Source of the DNA: a virus
Taxonomy: Duplodnaviria > Caudoviricetes
Direction: 5' to 3' (one strand)
Virus record (IMG/VR): IMGVR_UViG_3300020045_002855
Span: 1-56,221 of that record
Length of the DNA: 56,221 nt
The notes beneath the pieces were generated by a model that saw nothing but the letters and a program-made list of their open reading frames with translations, did no database searches and was not told where the DNA came from. A program made the position numbers and the translations under genes. Numbering within the stretch: the stretch's first letter is position 1; each line of letters begins with the position of its first letter. This document shows, one piece after another, positions 1 through 11,267 of the stretch.

Positions 1-87
1 GAAACTGAAACACTCTGGGACGAAGTAAGGAAAGTAGATAACGCTTGGCTTACAGAAGTAGCCAAAAACCTGGAAAAGAAGGATTAA
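1..87 (+). CDS. 3' end of a probable tail assembly chaperone (partial)
   Basis: Frame 1 reads ETETLWDEVRKVDNAWLTEVAKNLEKKD* and sits immediately before the tape measure gene, the usual chaperone position. Confidence 0.5.
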   Translation, partial: ETETLWDEVRKVDNAWLTEVAKNLEKKD

Positions 88-112
88 GCCCGCTATAACG
101 CGGGCTTTTTTA
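86..112 (+). terminator. Intrinsic terminator
   Basis: AAGCCCGC-tataac-GCGGGCTT stem followed by a T run. Confidence 0.8.
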
Positions 113-157
113 TTTCTTGAGTTTAAAATCGCTGTAAGCGATTTTTAAGGTGACGCA

Positions 158-3100
158 ATGGCAGACGATATTAGTTTTGACTTTAACACGACGGAAACTC
201 GTAGGCAGGTAGGGCTTCTGGAGAAGAGTCTCGACAACCTATTTGAGACAATCAAGAAAGTAGACACCGTAAGCCTTGATAAAGCTCGTAGGGAACTTGA
301 GCAGATAGGAAAGTCTAGTTCTGTAGGACTGCAAAACCTCTCTAAGAACGTGCAGTCAGAGTTCGACAAGGTACAGAGCATCGTACAGACTGCACAGGGT
401 CGGTTCTCCCTTGGTCAGGTAAGGGCCTTGCAGGCAGCGCAGGCGTCTATTGCCAATAGCTTAGGGGAAAGTCGGGCTACCCTGAATGTCCACCTCATCG
501 AGATGGGCCAGAACGCTAAGGCAGTATATGCGAGAAACCTGCACGAACTGGAAACCATGGGGCAGGAGGCTGCAGCCAAGGTCTACAAGGGACTGGCAAG
601 TAGCGCCCCAAGACTGACACCAGATCAGGAAAATATCCGTGAGCTTAACCGCTATGCTTCTGCCGTAGAGACTATTGCTCAGAAAATTCAAAGGAGCCGT
701 GACAGGCTAGCTGATGAAGGAGGTAAGAGGTACCTAGGGCCTGTCAGCTGGAGGATTTTTGAGCCAGACCGGATGCTCAGTTCGGCAATGCACAAGGATA
801 ATGAGCTAATTCAGAAGGAGTTGTCTAGCTACTATGCGAATTTGGAGAAAGCCAGCGCGCTCAAGCTCCAGATTCAAGAGAGACTGTCTACAGGCAGTGT
901 TGGCGCTGTCCGTGCAGCTTCTCCACGAATGACGATGGAGAACAGAGAGCAGCAGTACGCAGAAGCCATGTCGGCTATGCGGAGCCATTACACAAACCTT
1001 GGTGCAGTTCCCAGCCCTTTCAACGACTTGCCTAAGACTCTAGACAACGTTGCTGAGAAATCTAAAGCAGTTAGTACGGCTTTCAAGGGTTTAACGGTAG
1101 ATAGTAACGACGCCCACGCTGCAGTCAGAGGTTTAGCATCTGGCTTTGGAGCTATGTGGCTCACTTATGGCCGTATCATACCTCTAATGGCTGGTGCTGC
1201 GGTATCTGGCCTTACCAAGAGGGTTTTCGATATTGGTTCGGATGTTGAGTACAACATCAAGGCTATGGAAGTGCTGGGCATGTCTACTGGAGGTGTACGC
1301 CTTGCCATCCAGACAATGGCGGAGAAGTCCATGTTCTCCATGCGGGAAATGAGTGAGGCCATGGTAAGGCTCGGTCAGTCAGGGCTGAATGTTAAGGAAT
1401 CCTTACAGGTATTACAACCCGCAGCAGAACTGGCCACAGCGGGTATGGTTGACCTCAAGACTTCCACGGACCTACTCCTGCAGGTTAACTCACTATTTGG
1501 TCTGAGTGCTGGAGATACGACTAAAACTGCCGCCAAGTTGTTTGAAGTTACCAAAGCTGGTGTCTTGAACGTAGAAAATCTAAAGGGTTCTTTCAAGGCT
1601 GCGTCGGAAACTAACACACGTTTTGGTAAGTCACTAGAAGAAACCCTAGCCATCTACGGTGTCTTAGCTAAGGCAGGTATTAAAGATTCTGCAGGCGGCA
1701 CAGCTGCGGTTAACTTTCTACGGGATATGAGCATACGCTCAGGGGAGGCCGGAAAGGCTGTAAAAACACTTGAAGATACTGTTAACAAGGTTCGCGCAGC
1801 AGGTGAGAAGCCTTGGAAGTTCAGCATGTTCAACGCTGACAAGAGCCAAAAAACTGCAGTAGAAGGCTTCAGAGAGCTGAACGAGCAACTACAAAAACTT
1901 GATCCAGAGAAGGCAGACGAACTGTTAGCTAAGATCGGTAGCGACAGAGGTCTACGCACGTTCTTTAGCATTGTACGTGAAGGCACTGCAGCCATTGATG
2001 AGATGGTCAACAAACTCAAGAACGTCAAGGGTGATGAGACATTCCTGGCGGCTAATGGAATGCTTGATACGGTTAAGGGTGCAGCAGCTCAACTGAGATC
2101 AGCCTTTGAGAAATCAATGGATATGGTGTTTGATACTAACGCAACTAGCTTTAAAACTTTCATCCTTGACATTCGAGATGCTATAAACTCCCCTGAGTTT
2201 GTGTTAGGGGTAAACCAAATGGTTACCTCTATCAAGCAGTTGTACGATATTTTGACACTTGTGTATCCTGCAGCCAAGCTCTTCTTAGAGGTTTGGGTTG
2301 GTTACAAAGTTCTGCAGATGGGTACAGTAGCTGTGCAGGGTTTAGCAGCAGCTATCTCTATGTTGCCACGCTCTATGACCCAAGCTACGTTGGCAGCGCA
2401 GACAATGGGGGCTGTGAGCCTAGGTACTGCCTCTGCACTCAACTCCACTGCCACTATGGCAGCAGCAGCTGGTGGGGGCCTTGGTCTATTAGGTACTGCC
2501 GTCAGATTCCTAGCTAACCCTATAGTTGGTGTCATAACTACACTAGGTGTATTAGGTGCTACATGGTACGCTACTAGGGATGCAGCTAGAACCTCACTTG
2601 GTGAGACTACAGATGAAGTTCTGCGAAGCGGTAAAGTTAATGTAGCTCAATTTCAGCTAGAAATTGACAAACTTCGTGTGTTGCAGGGCTTACGCAATGC
2701 ACCAGCCAGCCCTTACAAGGTCCTAGACGACAACATTGTTAGTGCTCAGACGGAACTGGCTAACCTGAAGGCCCAGGCAGCAAAACCTACAAGAACCGGC
2801 GTGGTAGGGGCGACGGAGGAAGCCATAGCGAGCAAGAGAGCCGCTAGGATAGTAACGCTTGAGGCTGAGATTAACCAGAAGTTAAAAGCTCTAGACCGCG
2901 CACGCACCAAAGATGCAGTAGAAGAGCAAGAAGCCCGAATGAAGGCAGAGCGTAAAGCTCAGGAGGAGCAGGACAGACTTAAAGGTACGCTAACTACACC
3001 AGACATGTCAGCGCCGAAAGGAAAGTCTGAACTTGAGAAAGCCCAGGACAAGGCTAAGGCTCTGACAAAGACTGCTGCAGAGTACGCTGCAGCGGCTAAC

Positions 3101-4489
3101 GCAGAGACCGAATCTGTCAATGCTTTGACAGAAGTAGAAAAGAAACGTGTAAAGACTATGACTGACGTAGCTCTGCTGCGTGCAGAATACCTCAGCAGTT
3201 CCCCAGCAGTTCAGGCAGCTATCCGCAAAGAAACGGATAAAGCAATGGAACTGGCCAATGCAGCACTTGAAGACGATAAGGTTCGGCAAGCTCGGGATAG
3301 TCGTGTTAAGTCTGCGAAAGAGATGGCAGAAATCCTAGAGAAAGCTAGATCAAGCAGCAGGGCCTTCTGGGAGAAGGATACCAACGCACAGGCTAAGACA
3401 GCAGAAACTAACGCACTAAATCTGGCACTTGTTAATATGACAAGAGCACAGAAAGCTTCTGCTACAGCTATTAACGAAGCTAACGCTCAGTTCGCTACGG
3501 GGATGGAGCCTCTTACAAAACTTCTCGAAGAAGCTCAATCGAAGCTAGATACGCTTTACTCTACGGCAGCAAAGAAAGATGTTGGGCAGAGCGGTACCCC
3601 TAACTTTGATGCTGCAAGTCAAGAAGCATTGATAGTAGAGGCTACTATAGCAAGACTTCGGATAGAAATTAATACATACAAGGAACTAGCAGCTGCTAAG
3701 GCTGCAGCGCGTGGCAATGCTGCCGAAGCTGCAGTTATAAGGGAGGATTTGCAGAAGTCTACAGTAGATTTTGCTGCTGGAGCTAAAAATGCTCTGACTG
3801 ACTACTTAGATAATACTACGGACGTTGCTGGAGACACTAAGAATGCGTTTAAGAAAGCATTCTCTGGAATGGAGGACGCAATTGTCAGTTTCACAAAGAC
3901 TGGAAAATTTAGTGTCTCGGATATGGCTACGAGTATCATATCTGATTTAATACGTATTCAGATTCAGCAGAGTATTACGCGACCTTTAGGGAATGCCCTA
4001 GCTAGTTTTATGCCTAGTTTCTTCGGACCTAGCAGTCCAGCGGCAGCACAACCTGCAGGCCTGACGCTACAGTCAAGTCCTATGATTAGCAGTCTTATCC
4101 CTAGTGCTAAAGGTAATGTATTTCAAAGCCCAGGCCTATCGGCTTACTCTGGGCAAATAGTTAATACTCCTACAACTTTTGCATTCGCAAAAGGCGGAGG
4201 TCTTATGGGAGAGGCCGGACCAGAGGCTATTATGCCCTTAACGAGGGCTGCTAACGGAAAGTTAGGTGTCCAATCCACAGGTGGAAGCTCAAACGTGCAG
4301 GTTATTGTGAATAATAACTCCACAAATACCCAGATAGACAAGAAAGAGTCTACTGATAGCAGAGGCAATAGAAGCGTAGAGCTTACAATCAGTGATATGG
4401 TTGCCGGAGAAGTTCGTAGGTCCGGCAGCTCTGTCCATAACGCAGTACGAGGCACCTTCGGAGCCTCCCCAAAACTTGTAGGAAGATAA
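158..4489 (+). CDS. Tail tape measure protein
   Basis: 1443 aa, Ala-rich and helical; TP901-type core region, central hydrophobic segments, C-terminal GLMGEAGPEAIMPL motif typical of tape measures; precedes minor tail genes. Confidence 0.93.
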   Translation: MADDISFDFNTTETRRQVGLLEKSLDNLFETIKKVDTVSLDKARRELEQIGKSSSVGLQNLSKNVQSEFDKVQSIVQTAQGRFSLGQVRALQAAQASIANSLGESRATLNVHLIEMGQNAKAVYARNLHELETMGQEAAAKVYKGLASSAPRLTPDQENIRELNRYASAVETIAQKIQRSRDRLADEGGKRYLGPVSWRIFEPDRMLSSAMHKDNELIQKELSSYYANLEKASALKLQIQERLSTGSVGAVRAASPRMTMENREQQYAEAMSAMRSHYTNLGAVPSPFNDLPKTLDNVAEKSKAVSTAFKGLTVDSNDAHAAVRGLASGFGAMWLTYGRIIPLMAGAAVSGLTKRVFDIGSDVEYNIKAMEVLGMSTGGVRLAIQTMAEKSMFSMREMSEAMVRLGQSGLNVKESLQVLQPAAELATAGMVDLKTSTDLLLQVNSLFGLSAGDTTKTAAKLFEVTKAGVLNVENLKGSFKAASETNTRFGKSLEETLAIYGVLAKAGIKDSAGGTAAVNFLRDMSIRSGEAGKAVKTLEDTVNKVRAAGEKPWKFSMFNADKSQKTAVEGFRELNEQLQKLDPEKADELLAKIGSDRGLRTFFSIVREGTAAIDEMVNKLKNVKGDETFLAANGMLDTVKGAAAQLRSAFEKSMDMVFDTNATSFKTFILDIRDAINSPEFVLGVNQMVTSIKQLYDILTLVYPAAKLFLEVWVGYKVLQMGTVAVQGLAAAISMLPRSMTQATLAAQTMGAVSLGTASALNSTATMAAAAGGGLGLLGTAVRFLANPIVGVITTLGVLGATWYATRDAARTSLGETTDEVLRSGKVNVAQFQLEIDKLRVLQGLRNAPASPYKVLDDNIVSAQTELANLKAQAAKPTRTGVVGATEEAIASKRAARIVTLEAEINQKLKALDRARTKDAVEEQEARMKAERKAQEEQDRLKGTLTTPDMSAPKGKSELEKAQDKAKALTKTAAEYAAAANAETESVNALTEVEKKRVKTMTDVALLRAEYLSSSPAVQAAIRKETDKAMELANAALEDDKVRQARDSRVKSAKEMAEILEKARSSSRAFWEKDTNAQAKTAETNALNLALVNMTRAQKASATAINEANAQFATGMEPLTKLLEEAQSKLDTLYSTAAKKDVGQSGTPNFDAASQEALIVEATIARLRIEINTYKELAAAKAAARGNAAEAAVIREDLQKSTVDFAAGAKNALTDYLDNTTDVAGDTKNAFKKAFSGMEDAIVSFTKTGKFSVSDMATSIISDLIRIQIQQSITRPLGNALASFMPSFFGPSSPAAAQPAGLTLQSSPMISSLIPSAKGNVFQSPGLSAYSGQIVNTPTTFAFAKGGGLMGEAGPEAIMPLTRAANGKLGVQSTGGSSNVQVIVNNNSTNTQIDKKESTDSRGNRSVELTISDMVAGEVRRSGSSVHNAVRGTFGASPKLVGR

Positions 4490-4855
4490 ATGGCGATTAC
4501 TTATGTATGGCCTATAGGGCTGCCGCAGATGCCGCAGCCTAGCTATAGCGAAACAGGCGGTGTACTGATTCTACGTACACCTATGGATGCAGGCCCTGCG
4601 AAAATGCGCAGGAGGGGGATACGACCTGCAGTTTTGACACTTACCTATGACATGACCACAGCTCAGGTTTTGATTCTTGAGACTTTTGTGCAGGACACGT
4701 TAAGGGGCACCAGCAGATTTGGCCTACCTCATCCAAGACTTGAAACTCAGGTGGAGGCTCGTATAGTACCTTCCAGTGAAGGTCAGTTGTATGCGACTAA
4801 GTATGTATCACCTAACTGGTGGGAAGTGTCGCTGAGTGCGGAGGTTCTACCATGA
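4490..4855 (+). CDS. Distal/minor tail protein
   Basis: 121 aa directly after the tape measure; WP..LPQ and LRTPMDAGPAKMRRR motifs typical of this position. Confidence 0.75.
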   Translation: MAITYVWPIGLPQMPQPSYSETGGVLILRTPMDAGPAKMRRRGIRPAVLTLTYDMTTAQVLILETFVQDTLRGTSRFGLPHPRLETQVEARIVPSSEGQLYATKYVSPNWWEVSLSAEVLP

Positions 4856-5469
4856 GTAGGTTAGCAAGTCTGTCCCCTGCTGCTCTGCGGGCTATGTTTA
4901 GCACAGATAGCGACGACTCTTTAATGATGTTGCTAACCTTGACTAATCCAGCACTTGCAGCACCCGTAAGAATCACAGAAAACTACACCCACAAGTATGA
5001 GTACCTAACAGCAGGCAGCATGACGGTTACAAACCTATCTACAGGTAGTGCCAGTGCTTACACATATCTTCCTGCAGACGAGGTTATAAAAGACGCTATC
5101 AACTACGACACATCTAATGCTCTTTACGGTGTCAAGTCTGGTTCTAGGTATTTTCTGTTTGTGCCTTTTAGTATGAGCCTACCAACGGAAGAAGCCGCTT
5201 CTTCTCCTAGGTGCTCTATAACCATTCAGGATGTTACTCGCCTAATAGTCCCAGTAATCCGAACAATTAACACGGCGCTGACAGCAAATACGGAACTTGT
5301 TCTAACTTCAACTCCTGATGTTATCGAAGCGTCTTTCCCGGCGTTTAAAATGGCAGGGGTTACTTACACATCTTCTACAGTAAGTGCAGAGCTTACTGTA
5401 GAATCGATGGATATTGAGCCTTTCCCAGCTCACACATTTACACCATCCTACTTCCCAGGAATTTTTTAA
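4852..5469 (+). CDS. Minor tail protein (DUF1833-like, functional analogue of lambda gpL)
   Basis: Start chosen at the ATGA overlap with the previous stop; PFSMSLP, I+ITIQDV-like segment and C-terminal EPFPAHTFTPSYFPGIF motif. Confidence 0.7.
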   Translation: MSRLASLSPAALRAMFSTDSDDSLMMLLTLTNPALAAPVRITENYTHKYEYLTAGSMTVTNLSTGSASAYTYLPADEVIKDAINYDTSNALYGVKSGSRYFLFVPFSMSLPTEEAASSPRCSITIQDVTRLIVPVIRTINTALTANTELVLTSTPDVIEASFPAFKMAGVTYTSSTVSAELTVESMDIEPFPAHTFTPSYFPGIF

Positions 5470-8400
5470 TGCAGCAAAGCTGGTCCAACCAATACATAGG
5501 CATACCTTACGCAGCAGAAGGTAGAGGCAGGGACGGCCTAGATTGCTGGGGCCTTGTAAGACTTGTTCATGCGGAGCAGTTTGATAACCAGCTACCCAGT
5601 TTTAAAGGTGTGTATGAGCCTGGGTCTAGGCAGAGTGTAGCAGAAGCTATAGCTACGCATAAAGAAGGCTGGTCCCCAGTTACTGCAGAGAAGTCAGGAG
5701 ATGTTGCGCTATTCCGTATTCACGGAACAGAATCTCATGTTGGCGTGATTACCCGTCCAGGATTTTTCCTGCATGTAAGGGAAGGCCAGAGTGCTGTAGT
5801 TGAGCGATTAAACTCTAGTCTATGGAAAAGCCGTTTAGTGGGTTTATTCCGGTACACAGAAGGTTCAGAATCCCTGCACCTTCGGGCTAAACCGCACCCT
5901 CTAAAAACAGTGAGGATAGACGCAGAGGTATCTCCAGGGCAGTCACTCACACAGCTTGCAGGGCATATCAGAGACCAGTCTCAGGTTAGCAACGAAGTAA
6001 CTATATCTGGTGTAATGTTTGTAGATGGTCTACTAATACCTCAAGAGTTATGGGAAACCTGTGTCCCTGCTCCAGGCTCAAGAGTAGAGTACAGAGCCGT
6101 AGCTACAGGCAGCGGCATGGGCCGGATGTTTGCGATGCTTGCTATTATGGCCATTGCTATGGTAGCAGCACCTTACGCAGTAGCGGCATTGGGCATGACT
6201 ACTGTAAATGCTGCAGGCCTTACAGTAGCTGCAGCAGGTTTTACCGCAGGTCAGGTCGCCTTGGCAAGCGGTTTCATATCTATGGGTATTAACATCGTAG
6301 GTAATCTGCTACTTAACGCTATATTCCCTGTAAGGCAACCAAGTTTAGGCAGTCCAGCTACTGCAAGCACTCCTACTTACTCCCTTCAAGGCGGGAGTAA
6401 CACAGCTAATAAGTACGGGGCAATCCCTGTAATTCTAGGAAGATTTAGATATACCCCACCGCTAGGGGCCCAGGGTTATGTAGAGGGCTCTTCACGTACT
6501 AGCTATTTGCGTATGCTGTTGGTATGGGGTTACGGTCCACTGCAGATTAATGATATTCGCATAGGTGCCACAGCTCTGTCAAAATTTGACGAAGTAGAGA
6601 TAGCCACCATAATGGGTACAGGTTCGGAGGACATGCACGCCTTTAACAGTATCTACGGTAAAGACGTTGAACAAAATACAGTGGGTGTTAAGTTAATCTC
6701 TACAGATGACTACACCGAAAGGCAGTTTACTACGTCTACAGACCGAATTACAGTTGTGCTGAACTTCCCCCAAGGTTTGTGTACTATGAACACGACCAAC
6801 GGAAATACAGAGAATGCGACTGTAAGGGTTAATCTACAGGTCCGTAAAGCAGGTTCTGGTGATGCCTGGGCAGAGGTTAAAGAAACAGTAAGAGCTTACA
6901 AAGCCACACTTGCGCCTGCTTACTTTGACACAGATGAGACGACAGCAATTGAGAAAGTGTACTGCTGGACACGATTTAGTGTTGACAACACCGGAAACAT
7001 TATCAAGCGTGTAGGGAGCTTTACTGCAAACCCTGCAGCCAACCCCAGCGGTTATGTACTTGAGAAACTGAATGAGCAGTTTTTTATGGGGCCGTTTCAG
7101 ACGGAACCTACAGAAGACTTTGTACGGCTACCAGATTACGTGGAGGATGAGGAATCCCTGTGGGATGTTTGCATGTTTGGGGATGACGTATTTTCTTCTG
7201 TAGATCGACGGGGAGACAGAGGTTATGGGATTGTAACAGGATGTAACCTGACTGTCTCTGGTGCAGAAGTTACAATAGCCTCTGGCACGGTTATGCGTGC
7301 GATTACTCAGACTTTTGATTTGACTCGTGCTACGAAGATTGCGTTTTCTAAAACTGTAAGTTTTAGGGTACCTTACGATACCTACTCTGTGCGTTGTTAC
7401 AGGTTTAACCCTACACCTACAGGAGGGGGTCAGGTACTTGACGAGACCTACTTCCAAACCATGACAGCCTACGGGAGAGTGCGGCCTACAAACCCCCCAA
7501 AACCTTTAGCTATGAGTGCTATAAGGATTAAGGCGACTAATCAACTCAACGGTAGTGTTGAAGGCATTATAGCTACGTGTACGTCTATATGCCTTGACTA
7601 CAATCATTTGACAGATACCTGGGTCACTAGACCTACGAGAAACCCTGCAAGTCTGTTCAGGTATGTGTTGCAGCACCCAGGCAATGCCAAGCCTGTCGCA
7701 GACGCTAATATTAATATTGCTGCGTTGGAAGATTTTCATAATTTTTGTCGTACTAACCGGTTCAACTATGATGGTGTTCTGACTGGTCAAATGTCCTTGT
7801 TGGACTGCCTCAGAGACATTGCTGCTACGGGTAGGGCAAGTCCCACTCAAGTTGACGCAATGTGGACTGTTATTATTGACCGAGAGAGGTCGGAAATAGC
7901 CCAGCACTTTACACCACACAATTCGTGGGGGTTTGAAGGTTCGCGTTCGTTGCCTGTACTGCCAGATGCTTTCAGGGTAAACTTCAACAACGAAGCCAAG
8001 GGTTATCAACTCGATGAGTTGATTGTGTATAACGATGGGTTTACATCAGCTAATTCTCAGTTATATGAAACTTTAACACTTACAGGTGTAACTAATGCTA
8101 CTATAGCTCACAAGCAGGCTAGGTTCCATTACGCCCAGTTGAAGCTCCGCCCAGAGACCTATACGCTTAATGCAGACATAGAACACCTTGCCTGCACCAG
8201 AGGGGACCTGGTAAAAGTCGTTCATGATGTTCCTATGTGGGGTATAGGAAGTGGACGCATAAAAAACAGACTCAGCAGCACACTACTGGAACTTGATGAA
8301 CAGTTCCCTATGAAGGCTGGGACGCAATACACTATTCGTATTCGACTGGCTGACGGCTCTTCCATAACCCGCACTGTTGATAGTGTAGGTGCGGACGGGT

Positions 8401-11267
8401 ACTACACCGAGATAACCTTGACTAGCGGAGTGTCTACGCTACAAGGAGAACCTAACAACCTCGTTATGTTTGGCGAACTGGCCGCAGAGTCTGTTGATCT
8501 CATTGTTCAAAGTATTGAGCCCGGCGATAACATGACCGCTCGGTTAACCTTGGTGGACTATTCGCCTGAAATCTACGACATAGATGGTATAGCCATACCT
8601 GAATTTGATAGCCAGATTACCCAAGCAGACGTACTGAAACTGCCTATTATCCTAGCTAAACCCGTAGTTAACAGGGTTGCATCTGACGAAACTGTAATGG
8701 TTAGGGTAGCTCCGGGTAAATACATATACAACATACGTGTTAGTTATGTCAACCCTAAGAATAAACCAAAGGACGTAAACGGAGTGGAGGCCCAATGGGA
8801 GTTTACTTCGGACACTTCTACGGAATGGCAGCACTCAAATCTGACACCAGTAGAGCTAGGGGCTGTAACACTTGATAATGTGCAAGAAGGGTTTGCTTAC
8901 AGGTTCCGGCTGCGATATGTAGACCGTGTAGGCAGGACTGGTCCGTGGTCTGATGTAACTACCCACACGGTAGCAGGACGAGTTAACCCTCCAGGAACTG
9001 TAGCAGACCTTGCTGTAACCGTTTCAGGTGCTAGGTTGCTACTTAACTGGACAGCTAGCCCTGAACCAGATGTTACTCGCTATGAAGTCAGACTGGTAAA
9101 TTCCAGTTTTGGTGTTAATGACACCAATCGAGTGTATCTGGGCGGTTCAACATCCTGCTACTTTACGCCGCAGGCACTAGGTACTTACACCTTTTACGTA
9201 AGAGCTATTGATGATGTTAAGCATTACTCAAACTCTTCTGCATCCGTAGTGTACGTATATGCCGCTCCCATAGCTCCTGCTACTTTGTCCTCTACTTTCC
9301 AGGACACCAGTAACACTAATGCAACCGTAACACTTGATTGGGCTAATGTCGATACACCCTTTGGTGTGCAGGATTATATAGTAACCTATGACAGTGTCAC
9401 TAAGACGGTACTTGCTAGCGTAATAACATTGCCTGCCTCCTGGATTGGCAGTAAAACCTTTAACGTAAAGACACGGGATAAGCTGGGAAATCTTTCTGCT
9501 AACCGATCGCATGTGGTAGTCAAAGCCTTGCCAGCCACGCCTGCGGTACCTACCGTTAAAGCCCTAACAGGCTCTCTAACACTTGATTGGTCAGATACCC
9601 CTAGGACAAGTCTGCCTGTCTGGGGTTATGAACTTCGTAGGTTGGACACTGGTTGGGGTATGAGCGACTTTACTTACAAGGGTTCAGCCTCTGGTTGTGT
9701 AGTCGCAGGTTCGGACTTAACCCTTGGTAGCAATACGTTCTATCTTAAAGCAGTAGACACTGATGGCAACTATTCAGCGGTAGCGTCGGTACTGACTTAT
9801 AACTATGTAGCACCTCCCAATCCCTCAAATATTACATATCTATTTGCAGATACCTCACTAACAGCAGCCACTGTAACTTTAGAGTGGGACGATGTTTTTC
9901 CTGTTTTGGGGTTGAAGCAGTACCAGATTAGTTGGGCATCTAAGACAATAACTTCTAAGTCAAGCACTGTTACTGTGCCTGCTAACTGGATTGGTTCTAG
10001 GACTTTCACAATTAAAACCGTAGACCAATTAAACAATGTGTCTACAGGCCAGTCCTTGGCTATCACAAAACTTGTCCCTGGGGTTGTCACCAATCTGCGG
10101 GCGCAAGTTATTGATAACAATGTCCTGCTGTACTGGAATCTGCCTACTAAGACCTCTTTACCTGTCAGTCACGTTCGCGTGCGGAAAGGTACTACTTTTG
10201 CTGGGTCTTCTTTGGTAGGAGACAAGGCTGGTGGATTCACTGCTTTGTCTGAGTTGGCTGCTGGAACTAATACTTACTGGGTCTCTGCTGTAGATACTGA
10301 TAACTATGAGGGCACCGCTGTTTCTGTACCTGCCAATGTTAGCGAACCTCCAGACTTTGTATTTCACGGTTCTTACGCTTCTAGTTTCGGCGGTACGAAG
10401 AGCAACGCTCTAACAGACTCCACAACACTTGTCCTACCTGTAGACACTACCACAACATTCCAAGATCACTTCATTGGTAATAGCTGGTCTACCCCTAACG
10501 ACCAAATCGTGGCGGGTTTTCCCTACTATTCGCAACCTACTCCAGCCTCTAGCTACTACGAAGAGGTGTTTGATTTTGGTACAATCTTAGCATCTAGTAA
10601 AGTCTCTGTGTCTTACACAGCAGAAACTCTAGCAGGCTCTCCTGTATTTGTGGTTTCTATAGGTTTATCCGATGACAACGTTACTTACAGTACAACCACC
10701 GGAGTCACGGAATTGTTCGGTGCCGCATGGCGCTACGCTAAGGTTCGCGTAGCAGTTTCTCAGGCAGCCGATACACACGCCCTAGTGCGTATGGATCGGC
10801 TGGTGGTGCGGGCCGATGCAAAGTTGAAAAACGATGCTGGTGCAAAAGCCTGCCTGAGCACAGACACTAACGGAACAGTAGTAAATTTTGCCCTACCCTT
10901 TATTGATGTATCAAGTCTTACAGTAACTCCTGCTAGCACTACTGCTGTAACAGCAGTCTATAATTTCCAGGATACCGCGCTGTCTGGTACTTATTCTGTA
11001 GCAAGTAATGTAGCAACAGTGACGGTGACGGGTCATGACCTTGAGGTTGGGCAGAAAGTAAGGCTTGCTTTCACATCTGGCACAGCACCGAATGGTGTCT
11101 ACTCCGTAGCATCGGTAACCAGTTCCAGTGTGTTTACTGTAGCTTTGACGACTCCGAATACTAGCGGAAACATCAGCACCTACCCGCAAGGGTTTAGAAT
11201 CTACCTATTCAATTCCGCAGGTGCGCGAATTAGCGCAACTGCTTCATGGTCAGCAAAAGGATATTAA
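5469..11267 (+). CDS. Central tail/host-specificity protein (J-like) with fused N-terminal NlpC/P60 peptidase and tail-assembly domain; FN3 repeats
   Basis: N-terminus has GIPY..GLDCWGLV..SHVGV..FLHV (NlpC/P60); YGAIPVILG and TRNPA are J-type motifs; repeated W..YE(V/L)R..FYV(R/K)A(I/V)D FN3-like units. Confidence 0.88.
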   Translation: MQQSWSNQYIGIPYAAEGRGRDGLDCWGLVRLVHAEQFDNQLPSFKGVYEPGSRQSVAEAIATHKEGWSPVTAEKSGDVALFRIHGTESHVGVITRPGFFLHVREGQSAVVERLNSSLWKSRLVGLFRYTEGSESLHLRAKPHPLKTVRIDAEVSPGQSLTQLAGHIRDQSQVSNEVTISGVMFVDGLLIPQELWETCVPAPGSRVEYRAVATGSGMGRMFAMLAIMAIAMVAAPYAVAALGMTTVNAAGLTVAAAGFTAGQVALASGFISMGINIVGNLLLNAIFPVRQPSLGSPATASTPTYSLQGGSNTANKYGAIPVILGRFRYTPPLGAQGYVEGSSRTSYLRMLLVWGYGPLQINDIRIGATALSKFDEVEIATIMGTGSEDMHAFNSIYGKDVEQNTVGVKLISTDDYTERQFTTSTDRITVVLNFPQGLCTMNTTNGNTENATVRVNLQVRKAGSGDAWAEVKETVRAYKATLAPAYFDTDETTAIEKVYCWTRFSVDNTGNIIKRVGSFTANPAANPSGYVLEKLNEQFFMGPFQTEPTEDFVRLPDYVEDEESLWDVCMFGDDVFSSVDRRGDRGYGIVTGCNLTVSGAEVTIASGTVMRAITQTFDLTRATKIAFSKTVSFRVPYDTYSVRCYRFNPTPTGGGQVLDETYFQTMTAYGRVRPTNPPKPLAMSAIRIKATNQLNGSVEGIIATCTSICLDYNHLTDTWVTRPTRNPASLFRYVLQHPGNAKPVADANINIAALEDFHNFCRTNRFNYDGVLTGQMSLLDCLRDIAATGRASPTQVDAMWTVIIDRERSEIAQHFTPHNSWGFEGSRSLPVLPDAFRVNFNNEAKGYQLDELIVYNDGFTSANSQLYETLTLTGVTNATIAHKQARFHYAQLKLRPETYTLNADIEHLACTRGDLVKVVHDVPMWGIGSGRIKNRLSSTLLELDEQFPMKAGTQYTIRIRLADGSSITRTVDSVGADGYYTEITLTSGVSTLQGEPNNLVMFGELAAESVDLIVQSIEPGDNMTARLTLVDYSPEIYDIDGIAIPEFDSQITQADVLKLPIILAKPVVNRVASDETVMVRVAPGKYIYNIRVSYVNPKNKPKDVNGVEAQWEFTSDTSTEWQHSNLTPVELGAVTLDNVQEGFAYRFRLRYVDRVGRTGPWSDVTTHTVAGRVNPPGTVADLAVTVSGARLLLNWTASPEPDVTRYEVRLVNSSFGVNDTNRVYLGGSTSCYFTPQALGTYTFYVRAIDDVKHYSNSSASVVYVYAAPIAPATLSSTFQDTSNTNATVTLDWANVDTPFGVQDYIVTYDSVTKTVLASVITLPASWIGSKTFNVKTRDKLGNLSANRSHVVVKALPATPAVPTVKALTGSLTLDWSDTPRTSLPVWGYELRRLDTGWGMSDFTYKGSASGCVVAGSDLTLGSNTFYLKAVDTDGNYSAVASVLTYNYVAPPNPSNITYLFADTSLTAATVTLEWDDVFPVLGLKQYQISWASKTITSKSSTVTVPANWIGSRTFTIKTVDQLNNVSTGQSLAITKLVPGVVTNLRAQVIDNNVLLYWNLPTKTSLPVSHVRVRKGTTFAGSSLVGDKAGGFTALSELAAGTNTYWVSAVDTDNYEGTAVSVPANVSEPPDFVFHGSYASSFGGTKSNALTDSTTLVLPVDTTTTFQDHFIGNSWSTPNDQIVAGFPYYSQPTPASSYYEEVFDFGTILASSKVSVSYTAETLAGSPVFVVSIGLSDDNVTYSTTTGVTELFGAAWRYAKVRVAVSQAADTHALVRMDRLVVRADAKLKNDAGAKACLSTDTNGTVVNFALPFIDVSSLTVTPASTTAVTAVYNFQDTALSGTYSVASNVATVTVTGHDLEVGQKVRLAFTSGTAPNGVYSVASVTSSSVFTVALTTPNTSGNISTYPQGFRIYLFNSAGARISATASWSAKGY

